From an uncultured virus (IMG/VR IMGVR_UViG_3300011008_000014) (Duplodnaviria; Heunggongvirae; Uroviricota; Caudoviricetes), in IMG/VR virus record IMGVR_UViG_3300011008_000014: a stretch of 64,000 nt of DNA; one strand, written 5' to 3'. Shown here in pieces: positions 62,857 to 64,000 of the stretch. Numbering within the stretch: position 1 is the stretch's first letter; every line of letters starts with the position of its first letter. The translations under genes and the position numbers were made by a program. Below the pieces are notes generated by a model. That model was not told the DNA's origin. It did no database searches and saw nothing but the letters and a program-made list of their open reading frames with translations.

Positions 62857-63729
62857 ATGGAAGGAAAGAATGAAATTGTGTTGTCAAAAGACAGCAGTAG
62901 CGATGAACTAAGGCAGTATTTCAGCAAAATACTGGAACTGGCACGAAGTGGTAAGGATTATCCCGTGAATCTTGATGAGGTTTGGATGCTTGTGTACTCG
63001 GAGCGTGGAAAGGCAGTACGCGCATTGAAGGAGAATTTCATTGAAGGTGAAGATTATACCAGCTTTGCCCAAAATGGCAAAACTGCTACAGGTGGCTACA
63101 AATACACGGTTTACATGCTTTCCACGTCATGCCTTGAATACTTTATCGCCCGTAAGATTCGGGCAATATTTGAGGTGTACCGTACTGTGTTCCATAAGGT
63201 AGCCAGCCGTGAACTATCACGCAAAGAACTTGCTCAAATGGTGCTGGAGGCCGAGGAAGAAAAGGAACGTCTGATGCTGGAGAACAAACAGCAGAATGAA
63301 ACCATCCAGCAGCAGAATATTCAGATTGCGGCCATGTCCGAGGAGATTGTGGAAATGAAGCAAAAGACCGACTATCTTGAAATCATCCTGTCAAGTGTCG
63401 GCTCTGTCACAACGACTCAGATAGCACAGGACTATGGAATGTCGGCAGTTGCATTCAATAAGCAACTGGAGGCGATGCGTATTCAGCGCAAGGTAAACGG
63501 CCAGTGGATTCTCTATGCCCCATACATTTCCGAAGGGTTCATTCTTAGCAAGACAATCAACATTACCCGCTCCGATGGCAGACCCGATACAGTCATGCAC
63601 ACCGAATGGCGACAGAAAGGCCGTCTGTTCCTTTACAATAAATTGAAGGAGATTGGCATCCTGCCTTTGATAGAAAGGATGGCAATTCAGCAAGTTCAGA
63701 ACAGTCAAGAAACAATCGACCAACAATGA
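62857..63729 (+). CDS. Phage antirepressor (AntA-like N-terminus, KilA-C/ANT C-terminus)
   Basis: YPVNLDEVW.LVY, TTTQIAQDYGMSA..FN..L...IQRKVNGQWILY, TEW.QKGRLFLY. Confidence 0.9.
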   Translation: MEGKNEIVLSKDSSSDELRQYFSKILELARSGKDYPVNLDEVWMLVYSERGKAVRALKENFIEGEDYTSFAQNGKTATGGYKYTVYMLSTSCLEYFIARKIRAIFEVYRTVFHKVASRELSRKELAQMVLEAEEEKERLMLENKQQNETIQQQNIQIAAMSEEIVEMKQKTDYLEIILSSVGSVTTTQIAQDYGMSAVAFNKQLEAMRIQRKVNGQWILYAPYISEGFILSKTINITRSDGRPDTVMHTEWRQKGRLFLYNKLKEIGILPLIERMAIQQVQNSQETIDQQ

Positions 63730-64000
63730 AGGAGCAGGGTTAATAATTTGTGTTCCAACGACTTGCAGACGCTTAAAAATGGCAAATAACAAGGTAGCAA
63801 CATCAAAACAATAAAGAAACAACAGCGAATCCCCACACCTTATTATATAGGGTGAGGGGTAGTTGAAAACCAGTTTACTTTGGCCTATCTGTTAAAATAA
63901 ACTAAATGACTTTATTTTCTTTGCAAAATGTTTGGCGGTTTCAATTTATTTGCTTACCTTTGCAGTATCAAAACCATTTAGAACAGACGAGCCGACTGAA

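Noticed and set aside
21381..64000. Repeated leader motifs as a CRISPR array or IS ends
   Set aside because: They are dispersed, not regularly spaced, and there are no cas or transposase genes, terminal inverted repeats or target duplications.

Overview
The window is a large part of a temperate tailed-phage genome (siphovirus-like, prophage or excised form) from a Bacteroidota host, most likely Prevotella/Bacteroidales, judged from repeated TTTG...TAnnTTTG promoters and the lack of Shine-Dalgarno sites. It starts at a tRNA-His 3' fragment (att core). It then runs through a CI repressor, a tRNA cluster, recombination and replication genes, three DNA methyltransferases, about 25 kb of accessory ORFs, an ASCH/PAPS-reductase/ParB/terminase/portal block, a 9-kb accessory insert, and head and tail genes. 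Main finding: a phage tRNA (40495-40568) has an initiator tRNA-fMet body but a GAC anticodon. It heads an operon in which two ORFs appear to start at GTC within the shared context TAGCYGA-GTC-AG, which can pair over 10 nt with that tRNA's anticodon loop and 3' stem strand. This suggests a phage-encoded GUC/formyl-valine initiation system. Other findings: two remote DGR target genes (template repeat and reverse transcriptase not in the window), an 8-copy covarying pseudoknot 5' leader at fixed distance from start codons, two operator families, enlarged tRNA-like RNAs, two poly-C frameshifts, kissing-loop leaders, a tail-chaperone -1 frameshift, and a small protein carrying a copy of the capsid C-terminus. 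All protein-family calls come from motif recognition by eye, not from database searches.
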